From positions 3,534,001 through 3,598,000 of the forward strand of contig NC_043021.1 of the NCBI RefSeq assembly GCF_006345805.1: 64,000 nucleotides of DNA. Direction: 5' to 3'. The position numbers and the translations under genes were made by a program. Below, in pieces: positions 12,223 to 24,431 of the stretch. Numbering within the stretch: the first letter of the stretch is position 1; each line of letters begins with the position of its first letter. The stretch is from Octopus sinensis. Lineage: Eukaryota. The notes beneath the pieces are model-generated. The model had not been told where the DNA came from. It ran no database searches and saw nothing but the letters and a program-made list of their open reading frames with translations.

Positions 12223-14385
12223 CACACACCTACATACCTACCATTATAAAAAAGAAAATTAAAATGCAAATTGGGTTATTCAAACATAAAATGACTTGTT
12301 TAATGCATTTTTCACCATTTTTAATGTAAGAAAGTAAAAAGAAAATTGTAATAAACACAAAGGAAGCCAACTATGTATTTCATTCTCAGCTGTGGTACAT
12401 TTTCAAAAACCTTCTTGGAAACAGCTGATTTGCAGCAGGTTGATTCCATATGCTTGTGAGCTTTATAGGCATTGTTCAGTTACAACTTCTGTCTTTTTTG
12501 GTGGGTGGTGTTGCAGTTTAGCCTTTTCACTTAGAATTTGCTGAATAATTAGCCCCAGATCGATGAGAATATTGGCATGAGAGATTCTGTTAGTTTTACT
12601 CTTCTAAGAATCTGTAAAGTTATTGTGCACATATCTCTCTACTTGAAACATATTAGTGCTTGTTCATAAATATTGTAATTATTTATTGGATGATTTAATT
12701 TGAATATTGATTTGGAGAAGGGTCCAAAATTAGTTACACAGACAGTTTCCAGGTTTTGAACATCTGAGCTAGGAACATCCATGGTTATAAACTGATTCCG
12801 GTAATGCCAGTTATTGAACTGGTGGACTACTTTGAAATTCCTGGAAAAAATTGCTTGTTTTTGGGAGTTTGTTTGCTCAAGGAAGGACAGTGTGTCACTG
12901 CTCTGTTTTAAATTGGACCACATAAGGTGTTGTTTGGTTAAAAGGTTTTTCTTGTGCTTATTCTCTTAACATGCCTCCAAAATGTGAATTTGGTTGAATT
13001 TAAGTGGAAATAATAAAGCAATTAAGAGAGAGGTGAGGCGCCAACAAACATTGGTGAAATGTAAGGCTGTAAGCTGTCAGTGACCAGAACAGTTTAAAAT
13101 GACAAAGTGTGTATGATAGTGCACGTAAAAGGTTTTAATCTCAGTAAAAGCTACAATCGTTACTAATGCAGTGGTTCAATTACTGAAACAGAAAGGCTTG
13201 GTAATTTGATTAGAGCATCAGAATCGGTGTATAAGTCTTGAATTAGTGCAACAAAAGGCTTGGTGTCTTTGCAGTGATTTAAAAGCTGCATGTGTAGCAA
13301 GTAAAGATAATTGCAGGGAAGCACTGCTTTGTTAATTTTTAAAGAGAGAGATAAAATTTGCACCATTCATAGTGCAAGGTAAAGCATGTTGAAAGATAAT
13401 TATTCAGGGTGTAGATTATTTGCGAGTGCAAATACATAATGTAGGTGAGACAGTTTGTTTTGGAGTAAAAATGCATAAAAAGAAAAAGAGATAACGGTAC
13501 TCCAGACCCTAATGTCTTTGACAATATTGTCTATTATTGATTAATGATGGTGCACCAGGGGATTAGAAGCGCAAGCCTTTTGCCTAAGTGTTGCATTCTA
13601 AATCTAAAGGCATTTTGCCGAACCATTAAACTGTATATTCTTTTTTTTGGAACACAAAAGCTTGAGTTACAAATGGTCTCTTCAAAGATTCATTCCTGAA
13701 CCTTTTTTTTCTTCTTGTTACTATATATTATTGCTCACTCAAAATTCCCTTCCAGATTCTTGTCGTGCTTGACAACTCACAGCCCTCACTCCAATTTTAT
13801 GCTCCAACATCACCCAGCTACTTAAGCAAAGTATTGAGCTTTCAGTTCACATCTGCTGTGGGTGTAATGGTCTGAAGTTGATCATATGCATTATGAATGG
13901 AATTTGGTATATGAAAACCTTGGGAACCCTTTCTGTATGAATTAGTTATAAATATAACAGAAGCACTTAGTGGTGTTTGAGCCACTGATCTCATTGGAAG
14001 CTTGTAAACAACTGTTGGTCATAAAATGCATTATAAAAACAAAGTAGATGCTTCTAATAATGTATCTGTTCTTTCTTAATACACTCTGGCAGATTCAACA
14101 ATATCTCATCTCTGTTGTTTGTTATTAGAGAACCTCTCTCTTTTGACAGTATGTAATTCATCAGTATAAGGGAACTTTGATACCCCACAGTGTTTCAACC
14201 TCATTGTGTGTCTCCTCAGTCAAAACTACACCACCAGACCGATAAATATGACAAGTGCATGAGCACTTGTTTATTTGGAATCAGCAAACAAAATCATTTG
14301 TTCATGTGTGCTGGTGCCTGCCAAGCAGGTAATAATTCATGGGGTGCATGCAGAACAGCAAGAATCCAAGTGTGTTACGGACACA

Positions 14386-14597
14386 TATGAGGGAGTGCTG
14401 AAAAGCTCCTGGTCTCGTGAAAGTTCTAGTTGGAGGCCCAGCTTTCCAAGTTCTTTTAAAGGGCTTAGAAAAACTGAAGGACCACTGCAATAAGCGTGTG
14501 AATCTGAGAGGGGAATATGTTGAATAAAATCATAATTAACCAATCCTCCTGTATTTTCTTTTACCCAAACCCAGGAACTTTTCAGCACCCACTTATA
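14386..14597 (+). mobile_element. Mariner internal-deletion derivative
   Basis: TIRs tatgagggagtgctgaaaagctcctgg / ccaggaacttttcagcacccacttata; retains the transposase C-terminus GLEKLKDHCNKRVNLRGEYVE*. Confidence 0.8.
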
Positions 14598-14625
14598 TTG
14601 TCTAAAAGGAAACGGTATTCTCTAA

Positions 14626-14857
14626 GGCGGCGAGCTGGCAGAAACATTAGCACGCCGGGCGAAATGCTTTTGCGGTATCTCGTCCGCCGCTACGTTCTGA
14701 GTTCAAATTCCGCCGAGGTCGACTTTGCCTTTCATCCTTTCGGGGTCGATAAATTAAGTACCAGTTACGCACTGGGGTCGATGTAATCGACTTAATACCT
14801 ATGTCTGTCCTTGTTTGTCCCCTCTGTGTTTAGCCCCTTGTGGGTAATAAAGAAGTA
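14626..14857 (+). mobile_element. SINE-like family B with a 12-bp TSD GGTATTCTCTAA
   Basis: ggcggcgagctggcagaa...gagttcaaattccgccgaggtcgac...gccccttgtggg; TSD at 14614-14625 and 14858-14869. Confidence 0.9.
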
Positions 14858-15764
14858 GGTATTCTCTAATGGCATGAAACAACAGCAATCAGAGATTCAC
14901 ATTTGTATCTGGTAAAACATTAAAAAAGAATGAAGAGACATTATTGTTTGGAATCTCTCTGTTGTATGTCCACCTCTTGAATTATTAGATGCTTTTTACA
15001 CATTTCCAATAAGTTGTGGGCATAGGTATATAATTTTGGGGAATCTGACCCTAGTTTATTTAACTCTCATAACTACAGAATTTATGAAATGTTGCAAGTG
15101 AAGTCTTCTGCCATGACTTTGCTGACATAATAAACCATACATGAATCATTTTTACCCAATAAATTCTTTTTACTGTTTAAAGTACTTGTATTCTGTTGGT
15201 GTGGGCGAGCGCATTTATTTCTGTTGAAGCTTCTTCATGTGAATGGCTGCAAAATTGACTATTATTAAATATTTGACATATTGATCACTTATTTATGTAC
15301 GTTTGTGTCAATAGGATTTCTATGAGGTTGTTTCAGAAGTAATTTTTATCTCTGAGTGTATGAATGGCATGACCTACTCTTCTCATTGACAGGTGTTGTT
15401 ATTTCCCATGGACATATGGTGGTGGATTTAATTTTTTTTTTTTTTTTTTTTTTCATTTTAATGCAAAAAAAAAAAATACTGTCTATCAAAGGAAAAGACA
15501 AAAACAACTGATAGAAAGTAAGAAAGATTAGAATCAAGTTTTTCTTTAAACAGACATTGATTGCAATTGAGAATACCTGCAAGTGTTTAGTCTATTGTTC
15601 CTTGTTAGTGCATACCAGTGTTGTTCTTAACTGATTACATACCATATCCATTGAAACCCACTTGAAATGTCACTTCTACCTTGGCCTTGGCCCCATATCA
15701 ATCCATCGTCTTGAATTCCCTTCTTGCCTGTGGTTTCCTTCAGACATGAAGCTGAGTAATAACA

Positions 15765-16148
15765 CACATAGACCTTGACATATGGGAGGGTCTACTGAAG
15801 TGATGGGTACAGCACATAGACCTTGACATATGGGAGGGTCTACTGAAGTGATGGGTACAGTACATAGACCTTGACATATGGGAGGGTCTACTGAAGTGAT
15901 GGGTACAGCACATAGACCTTGACATATGGGAGGGTCTACTGAAGTGATGGGTACAGCACATAGACCTTGACATATGGGAGGGTCTACTGAAGTGATGGGT
16001 ACAGCACATAGACCTTGACATATTGGAGGGTCTACTGAAGTGATGGGTACAGTACATAGACCTTGACATATGGGAGGGTCTACTGAAGTGATGGGTACAG
16101 CACATAGACCTTGACATATGGGAGGGTCTACTGAAGTGATGGGTACAG
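15765..16148. repeat. 48-bp minisatellite, 8 copies
   Basis: Unit cacatagaccttgacatatgggagggtctactgaagtgatgggtacag; 384 bp = 8 x 48. Confidence 0.97.
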
Positions 16149-16854
16149 CCCCTCCTAATTAAACCTTAAAAAGAAATGTATTAGTCAAGCTAAATTGGCA
16201 GTAAGTTGTTTGTAGTAGCAGTAGAGCAAAGGAGATAGGGGTTGATCTGAGACTGATCTGTGCCTCACAAAATACAAGGTAGATTTGAGACAGGTGTAAC
16301 ATTGACTAATAAACTTTTTCAGGTAGATAACTGCTTGAAGCACATATTGCTGATTGAAAGGAAACTGTAGTGGGGAAGAATCTGAGGGGAATGTAAGTTT
16401 GATGCATAATATAGATAACAGGTGGAGGAGGGGTGAGTTTTATTGATAAATATGGAATACAGTCAACAAGTTTAGTGGTGGTAGATAAAATTTTAACAGC
16501 ATTAGAAGACATCACATTTCATTACACTGAATCAAAATTTGGTACCATTCTGTGTGTGTGTGTGTGTGTATGTTTAGTGGGGGTTGAAGTTTTGACACTA
16601 CTTGACAAATTCTCCTATTAATTACTTATAGGAACACTATATTTTGTAATGCAATCATAATATACGACAGAATATAGTAAATGCTTTATAAGTCAATACT
16701 GTGTCCTACTGTGTTAGCAGTGCTATTAAATCACCTGTTTAAAATTACCTCTGGGAATTTTTCTATAGAGATTATAACCATGCACTGATTTATTACAATG
16801 TTTTGTATTTGAATATGTCTAATGTAGTTGATTGTAGATGGGAAAATAGGTAAT

Positions 16855-16902
16855 GGGCATATATGCCATATTTCAAGAGTTCTTACTCTTTCATCAGCAC
16901 CC
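16855..16902 (-). ncRNA. Compact type I hammerhead ribozyme, P1 weakened by G-U pairs
   Basis: Minus strand reads GGGTG CTGATGA AAGAGT-AAGA-ACTCTT GAAA TATG-G-CATA TA TGCCC. Confidence 0.75.
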
Positions 16903-17378
16903 GTCCAACCCATTGACCATTCATGAATTCAATGCTTAAACAGCCACTAAATATAGCAGTGTCACATTATTAGCTATACCAATTTTACATATTAATCATA
17001 TTCCTGGTCAACTGCTATATACATGTTGATTACACCATATTGTAGAGAGACCATATTTGGTTAAAACTCTTGGAGCCTGCATATACTACACTCATTACCT
17101 ATTTTCTCCATCTTCAATCACATTGGTGCTTACATTAGATGTGCTGGCTTTAGTTTCTATAACAAAATCTGTAGAGAGAACCTTAGTATGTGATGTTCTC
17201 TTCCCTATGCTCTATGCAAAAATGTCTTTAGATTTATTTACTAAAAGATTAAATTAAGCCCTTTTAGTTATAAACTGGGGCTAAGTATGCTTGAATTCTA
17301 CTTTGGAGCTCAATTTCCTGTCAATCATAACTAAATAAATAATCTTGCTGACATTCCTTTGGCTGAAGTTTATATATA

Positions 17379-17541
17379 GGCGCAGGAGTGGCTGTGTGGT
17401 AAGTAGCTTGCTAACCAGCCACATGGTTCCGGGTTCAGTCACACTGCGTGGCATCTTGGGCAAGTGTCTTCTGCTATAGCCTTGGGCCGACCAATGCCTT
17501 GTGAGTGAATTTGGTAGACGGAAACTGAAAGAAGCCTGTTG

Positions 17542-17586
<45 letters not shown>

Positions 17587-17782
17587 CTGTCCCCCTAGCA
17601 TTGCTTGACAACCGATGCTGGTGTGTTTATGTCGCTGTCACTTAGCGGTTCGGCAAAAGAGACCGATAGAATAAGTACTGGGCTTACAAAGAATAAGTCC
17701 TGGGGGTCGATTTGCTCGACTAAAGGCGGTGCTCCAGCATGGCCGCAGTCAAATGACTGAAACAAGTAAAAGAGTAAAGAGA

Positions 17783-17783
<1 letters not shown>
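17379..17783 (+). mobile_element. tRNA-derived SINE family A (CORE-like), full length with internal (TA)n(TG)n
   Basis: tRNA-like head ggcgcaggagtggctgtgtggtaagtagc, ttgggcaagtgtcttct core, tail ccagcatggccgcagtcaaatgactgaaacaagtaaaagag. Confidence 0.88.
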
Positions 17784-17841
<58 letters not shown>

Positions 17842-19509
17842 ATTGTAATTGTTTCTTTTTTTGTCATTCAAATTCCTTGCTGAAAGGTCTTCAGCTTCTC
17901 ACAAATACACAAATAAAACTTTAGTTTCAAGTGTTTTATTATTTGTCTATCTTTAAATCTGTTTTGGCAATTAGAAGTAAAAGATAAGCACAGTATCTGG
18001 AGTTTGTGGGGGCGATGACACATATCCTCTGTTAAAATTATTGATGGATTTTGTTTTATTGTGATAGTAAAATCATTTGTTCCTGTTTTCTATAAACTGA
18101 CAAAATATATGGGGTGGTTGACCCTGGCTTTTGTAGAATTCAAGTTGGCTAGAAATCTTACAGGTTAGAATAAAAGTCTATTGCTATTAAACTCCACTAA
18201 TGAGAACTAGATTCTATTTCATATTAACTTGATCCCAATAGAACCTGACGGTATTGTATCTTCAGTGAGATAAACTGAGGTAAGGTTATGATCATATCAT
18301 TTAATGCCTGTGTTCCATTTTGGCATCGTTTAACAGGATCCGATGGGCCCAAGGACTGCACTCTAGTGGTCTTTTGGCTTGGCTTCTACAGCCTGATGTC
18401 CTCCTTGATACCAACTATTTTACAGTTTGTACTGGGTGTTTTTCTTTTTTCTTTAGTGTCATCAGCACTAGTGAGGTTGCCGTGAGTGCCCAGTTGAGAG
18501 GGGGGATTTTATACTAGGAGAATAAGGGACTTCCAACATTAATGAGGTCACTATGCACCTTGCAAGCTATCCAATACAATAAAAATGTCTGAGAGAGGCC
18601 ACATGACTTTTAGAGAAGAGTGGCTTTCGCTCGGCAGATATATAGTCTTAACATTTGCAGAGAATCATCATCATCATCATCATCATTTAACATCCGCTTT
18701 CCATGCTAGCATGGGTTGGACGGTTCAACTGGGGTCTGGGAAGCCAGAAGGCTGCACCAGACCCAGTCTGATCTGGCCTGGTGCAATCTTATATTTTATT
18801 GAATTGACACTGTGTTACTTTATAAACTTCCCAAATGAACAAAGCACAAAAATCAATTCATCTGATTAGAGGATCAAGAACAAGGAGATCAAACCTTAAC
18901 TCCATATTCGACAGTTGTATACTCAGAAATATACGCAGGTCAAACAATCGGTGAGTTTTGATTTCAGTGTTCTTGAAACATCTAATCAAATTAGTTTATT
19001 TAGCTTTCATCCATTTGGGTTAGGCTAGGGTTTTATAACGAGAAATATCAGTAACATTGTGTTCAGCCAATAAACCATACTCTTTACTTACAACGAAATG
19101 AATGAAAAATTAACCTTGTATCCAGGCAAAAGAAATTATTCTTTATTTTTTGTGTAGGCTTGGCTGTGTTTTCTTTACCAATCAAAAGCTCTTCATTCTG
19201 TATTCCATTACTTGTACATTGTTGCATATGACTAAGAGACATTGTTCTCAAATGGCCCAGTTCTCCTCATTGTAAATATGTACTGTGGGCAGTGATAACA
19301 ATGGGAGCTATCTATAATTGCACTAATGAGTTCAAATTCTGCTGTGAATGTCACTTTATGCTGGAGAGCTTCCCTTATAGCAATTTGTTCTAGATACATC
19401 ACATGAACGGGCTGCTTCTTATAACCTGATAATTACGGGACTTGTTACTTGCTGGTTGCCTTTGTGAGGCTTGATCACTCTTGATTGGTCTTTGTGATAT
19501 AGTTTTATA

Positions 19510-19889
19510 GGAGGCGCAATGGCCCAGTGGTTAGGGCAGCGGACTCGCGGTCGTAGGATCGCGGTTTCGATTCCCAGACCGGGCGTTGTGAGTGTTTATT
19601 GAGCGAAAACACCTAAAGCTCCACGAGGCTCCGGCAGGGATGGTGGTGATCCCTGCTGTACTCTTTCACCACAACTTTCTCTCACTCTTACTTCCTGTTT
19701 CTGTTGTACCTGTATTTCAAAGGGCCGGCCTTGTCACTCTCTGTGTCACGCTGAATATCCCCGAGAACTACGTTAAGGGTACACGTGTCTGTGGAGTGCT
19801 CAGCCACTTACACCTTAATTTCACGAGCAGGCTGTTCCGTTGATCGGATCAACCGGAACCCTCGTCGTCGTAACCGACGGAGTGCTTCC
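19510..19889 (+). mobile_element. tRNA-derived SINE family F with an 11-bp TSD ATAGTTTTATA
   Basis: tggcccagtgg / gtttcgattcc boxes; TSD at 19499-19509 and 19890-19900; related 3' region at 56169-56485. Confidence 0.88.
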
Positions 19890-22800
19890 ATAGTTTTATA
19901 AATCTGAATATTCCATGTTCAAGTAAAGATTTTAAAAAAGAAATGTTTTTTTTTCTTTTCAACTGTTTCCTCTGGGGTTTAAAAAAAAAAAAAAAAATTT
20001 GTTGTCAGTCTGATTGCTCACACCTTAGCAGCCCCACAAGAGATGAAAGTGTACATGCATGTGGAGATGAACTCTACTGAAGGTATCGGATGATTAGGTA
20101 GAGGCAGTGGTGCAACAGGATGTGGGATAAAGTCTGTTACAGTTTCCATTTGTCCAGTTTCACAAGGTTTGGCTGACCTGAAACAATGACTATAAAATAC
20201 TCGCAATACTTATCCGAGTTGCCATTCTATAGGATCAAACTCGGAACTACATACAATACTGTGTAGTAAGCTTCTTAGCTTAACAACCATGCCTACTACA
20301 CCCGTTTGATCATTATTTCAATGTCCACTTTTCCACTTTGCATGGGTTGGGTGGAAATTTTTGAGGCAGATCTTTTTTTTACAGCTGGATGCCCTTCCTG
20401 TTGCTAACCATGAACTGTTTGCAATTGAGATAATATTTTCCCATTGCTAGACATGTTTTCATGGCAGATTTGGGAAACAAAGGACACAGCTTTCATGAAA
20501 GTGACACTCATTTATCACACACACACTCACACAATGTTTTGGTTAACCCAGGGCTATAGTAGAAGACACTTAACCAAGGTGCCACACAATGGGACTGACA
20601 CCCCACAACCCCCCACTACGTAGTTTGGAAGCAAACTTGTTACCACTCAGCCACTACTTGAAATCGCTTTTGTGTAAACTCTGTTTAGTCTATAATTGTT
20701 TTAAAATTTGATTTTCGTTGTCCAGTTATTGGTCTTCTGTTATGTGTTAAGGTTGGCAGTTAGCAAGTTTTGGTGTTGCAAGGCTTGCTTAGATAGTTTG
20801 CTGTCCAGTTGTGGTGGTAGTGGTGGATGACAAAATGTTTTAAAGACATCTAGTTGACACTATGGAGATTGTTATATATGGTGTGCAACTATCTGATTAG
20901 TAAGGTGTCTGCTACCTAATTGTTTAAGTCGCCTGGTACATTTTCGTCTTTAGTTCAGACGTCTCATTGACCAGTCTGTAGACGCTGCCCTTGAAGTAGG
21001 TATAAGAGCTCTGTTTATATCTTACACAGTTCTGGCAGTCAGACGGGTAAGTCTGCTTTGTAAAAAAATTTACTTTTCACTAAATATATCAACCCAAACA
21101 TTTAACAAGGAAAAAAACAAGAAAAAAAAGTTCCATTCAGTGTAAATAATTTTTTTTTTGTATCTTTGCATTTTTTAAAAATCTTTTCATGTTATGTGAC
21201 GTAATTAAATTTTGATAGGAATTTGTGTCGATTAGTGAAGTTTTTACAGAATAAACCTACTTTATTTCTATCTATATTCTGAATTCTGCATGCTTGCCGA
21301 CAATTATTTCTAGACTTGCTTTTTTTTTTCCTTCCTGTTTGTTATTTTTTTTTTAATCCTTGGTCTTAGAGACATTTAATAATAATTCTATCACTTTATT
21401 ATTTGAGTAGATATCACTTTACCTACAATTACTATTTTATCTTCCCTTTCTTTGCTTGTATGAATTTTGCTGCTGTATGTATGTATATTATTCTCTCATG
21501 GGTCATGTTCTGGAGGATGTGTTTCTAAATGCTTTCTTACGTAAATGCTGCCTTCTAAAACCATGAGTGAGTAATGTTTTAGATATCTAATAGTAATATT
21601 TAACTATTAGATAATCTAGCATGCTTTGACTCACACACAAGCCACATGAATATTATATAGCAGACTCTAGATATCATCTGTCTTGTATTATTAATACCAT
21701 CACTACTGAAGAATTCTGCTTTTAGGTATTTAAAAAAAAAAAAATGTAGGATGGTGTTTGATGTATGGATTAAATCAATACACCTCAATTCCTGTTATAA
21801 GACATTTCTGTTTCAACTGCAACTGCTAAATTCAATTTAGAGAAATATGATCAGAATCGTTTACTGGGCACATTTGTCTCTCACAAAGCAGAAAAAGCAG
21901 TCAAAATTTGATGTCTTCGTTGCCGTGTATTATAGCTATTAGGTTACTCTGTGACTTGGAAATATTTATTTTTAAATTAGGATTGTGGGTAGGTCAGTGC
22001 CTACTATTTTGTAGACAGTGTTCCACTAGTCACTCTTAATTTTAGCTTCAACATTTTTTTTTTTTCAGTAAAGTATTCTAACTTTATTGACTGTCTTTTT
22101 ATCAAAATGGTGTATTTATTTATATATTTTTTTTTTTTTGCTAATCTAAGCTATTTCAAAATCTAATCAGTATGTCAGTTGATAGACTGATTCTGCTGAC
22201 AATGGTTCCTTTACCCTAAGATTAATCCTTTAAAGGTATTTTGACTGTGGTTAGAAAAGAAATACAGTATGTACGTACACACAACACACACACACACACA
22301 CACAAACACTCAGCTTCAAATAACTCTGCTTTAATTTACTGTGCATAGGAACAAAAGTAAAAATAGTTTTCAAATTTAGTTACATCCTTCCAGGCTTTTA
22401 AATGCAATTACACTATAAGATTTTTTTCTTCTCCATCTGAAGATACTCTGATTAGGTGGAGTCAACCATTTCAACTAACTCTTGTTTGTGCATGTAATAA
22501 GAAAGAAAAAAAAAATTGCTTTAAATTATATATAAAAAAAAAAATTTGCTGTACTGACTAAAAGAATGATTAACGTAAAGGATTTCTTCTCTGATTGAAT
22601 GAAAATTCTAAAACAATTTTCTTTGCTTTTGCTGCTGTCTGGTTTATTTAGATTTTATTTTCCTTCTATCATTTACACAACTATCTAAATTCTAACCATT
22701 GGATGTGTGTATCTTGTTTCTAGTTTGCTTCAAATATCTTTATCAAGATATTATTTATATATTTGTAAAACTGTTAGCTATTGTTTAAAATAAAATTTCC

Positions 22801-24329
22801 CCTGTTGTGACATAGGTTGAACAGGTCTGCAATGAGGTATATTTTTTTTTTCATGCATCTTAATCTGTAAAAGCCCAACATCCAAATTGTTAAATTGACA
22901 GATTTTGTAACATTAAATATCAGTTCAGTATATTATTGGATGCTTAACTTTAAATTATTTTTTCACATCAGAAATGTTAAGTTTTCATTTGAGCTTTTCA
23001 TTATATGTAATTGGGCTTTGTGTTTCTAGAATAATTTTTATGTAATGTTCCTCATCTTAAGCTAAGCTAAGCTAGGATATTGCTTCTTCAAAAATATTCT
23101 TCCATTTCTGCTTCTACATCTAACTTCTGCTATTCTGGAAAGACTGGATTTGATTTGATTTATCTTTGTTGTAGAAGTTAATTTACCCAATTTGAATTGT
23201 CTTAAAAAAATATTTTTTGTTTCTTTCAGCACTTTTTTTTTTTAGTATGGACAATGGGTTTTTAATACAATATTACTGTCTCTTAATATTTTCATGAGGC
23301 CCAATATTCTTAAGATCTGACTTGAATACTTTTCCAAAAGTCATTCTTTTGTTCTGCATTTGCTGGCGGTATTTTCCCAACATCAACCCCAGATATTGTT
23401 TCAGTCAGCTGGCATCAACACGTGTAGTCAGCTCTCTTGTATCTATGGGCTTGTGCTTTTGATACTCAAAAACTTACAGTAGTATCTTGTACCAAGCCAT
23501 TCTCATTAATTAACCATTCAATTAGTGGTAATAATTTCTCTTTAGTTGCTGCAGACACTCTCTGCATTCACTGTTTCATTACCACAGTTTTATACATTAA
23601 GCATTACTTCATATGGTCCACCTGTTTGAATAGAGAGCATTTTTGTTCCCAACAAAGGCAGCACCTTTCTGGCCCTACTTTTCTTGAATCTTGCAACACT
23701 GATCAGTGGCCCTTCAGCAGTAAAGCTTCTTTAACATTAGAGATCTATTAATGCTGCCAACTTCATCATTTTAGTTTAGGTTTCATTTAATAACAGTGCA
23801 CTAAATTCTTCATTGGCACCACTGTTGATCCATTCAACTTGTAGCACACTCACACACAGCTTGGTCAGCCGACAAGTTTCTCCATTGCTTGTTGTACCAT
23901 TGAAAAGACTTTATCAGACCATATATCTATGTTGAAAATGCAAGATGATTGTTTTATCTAAGTCAAATTTGCCTCAGAAATTTTCACATATGCAACCCAG
24001 CTCTCTCCTGGTAATATTATACTCTAATGCATCACCTCCTTGTCCACTGTAGTAGCTGATAGTAGTATTGCTATGCTAGCTTTCTATTAGGACAGGTGCT
24101 CTGAATACTTTGCTCTTGTAAGCAAACAGTTAGAGAATCCATTCTCAGTTGTGTACTAGACTTGTTTTTATTACATTCCCCAATACTCTTGGTTCTTGTC
24201 TTATTCACTAAACACCAAAAAGTATACACATTTAATTGCCCCCTCCATGAACCATAATAGATAATAATGCCTTTAAACACCAAAAAGAAAACCCTTATTT
24301 TCTCTATTATTTGTATTTATGTTGTGTAG

Positions 24330-24431
24330 GTTTCTCTTGATATTCAGTGTAAGGGATGGAAATATTTATGTTGCCAACGATGAGAATCTAAGAAAATATT
24401 AAGATGCATTCCAGAAAATTTGTTTCATCAG
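24330..24431 (+). CDS. Candidate eIF4G start-codon exon (ATG 24404, MHSRKFVSS, phase 1) with an upstream in-frame uORF
   Basis: gtgtag| acceptor (alternative ttcag| at 24347); donor tcag|gtaaaa; phase 1 joins exon 35118 to give ...VSS-DQW; aagATG context. Confidence 0.4.

Noticed and set aside
12540-13540. Moderately GC-rich block with short minus-strand ORFs, possibly an old LINE or PLE remnant
   Set aside because: No recognisable RT or endonuclease motif.
15740-16117. 125-aa minus-strand ORF, and a possible CRISPR-like array
   Set aside because: It is only the translation of a 48-bp tandem repeat; there are no unique spacers and the DNA is eukaryotic.
16323-16392. Exon-like segment (ctaat branch site, tttttcag| to AAT|GTAAGT)
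   Set aside because: Stops in all three frames; it could only be a UTR or poison exon, and there is no support.
19510-19585. tRNA-like sequences here and at 3136, 17379 and 44643
   Set aside because: They are SINE heads continuing into SINE bodies, with no proper acceptor stem; not tRNA genes.
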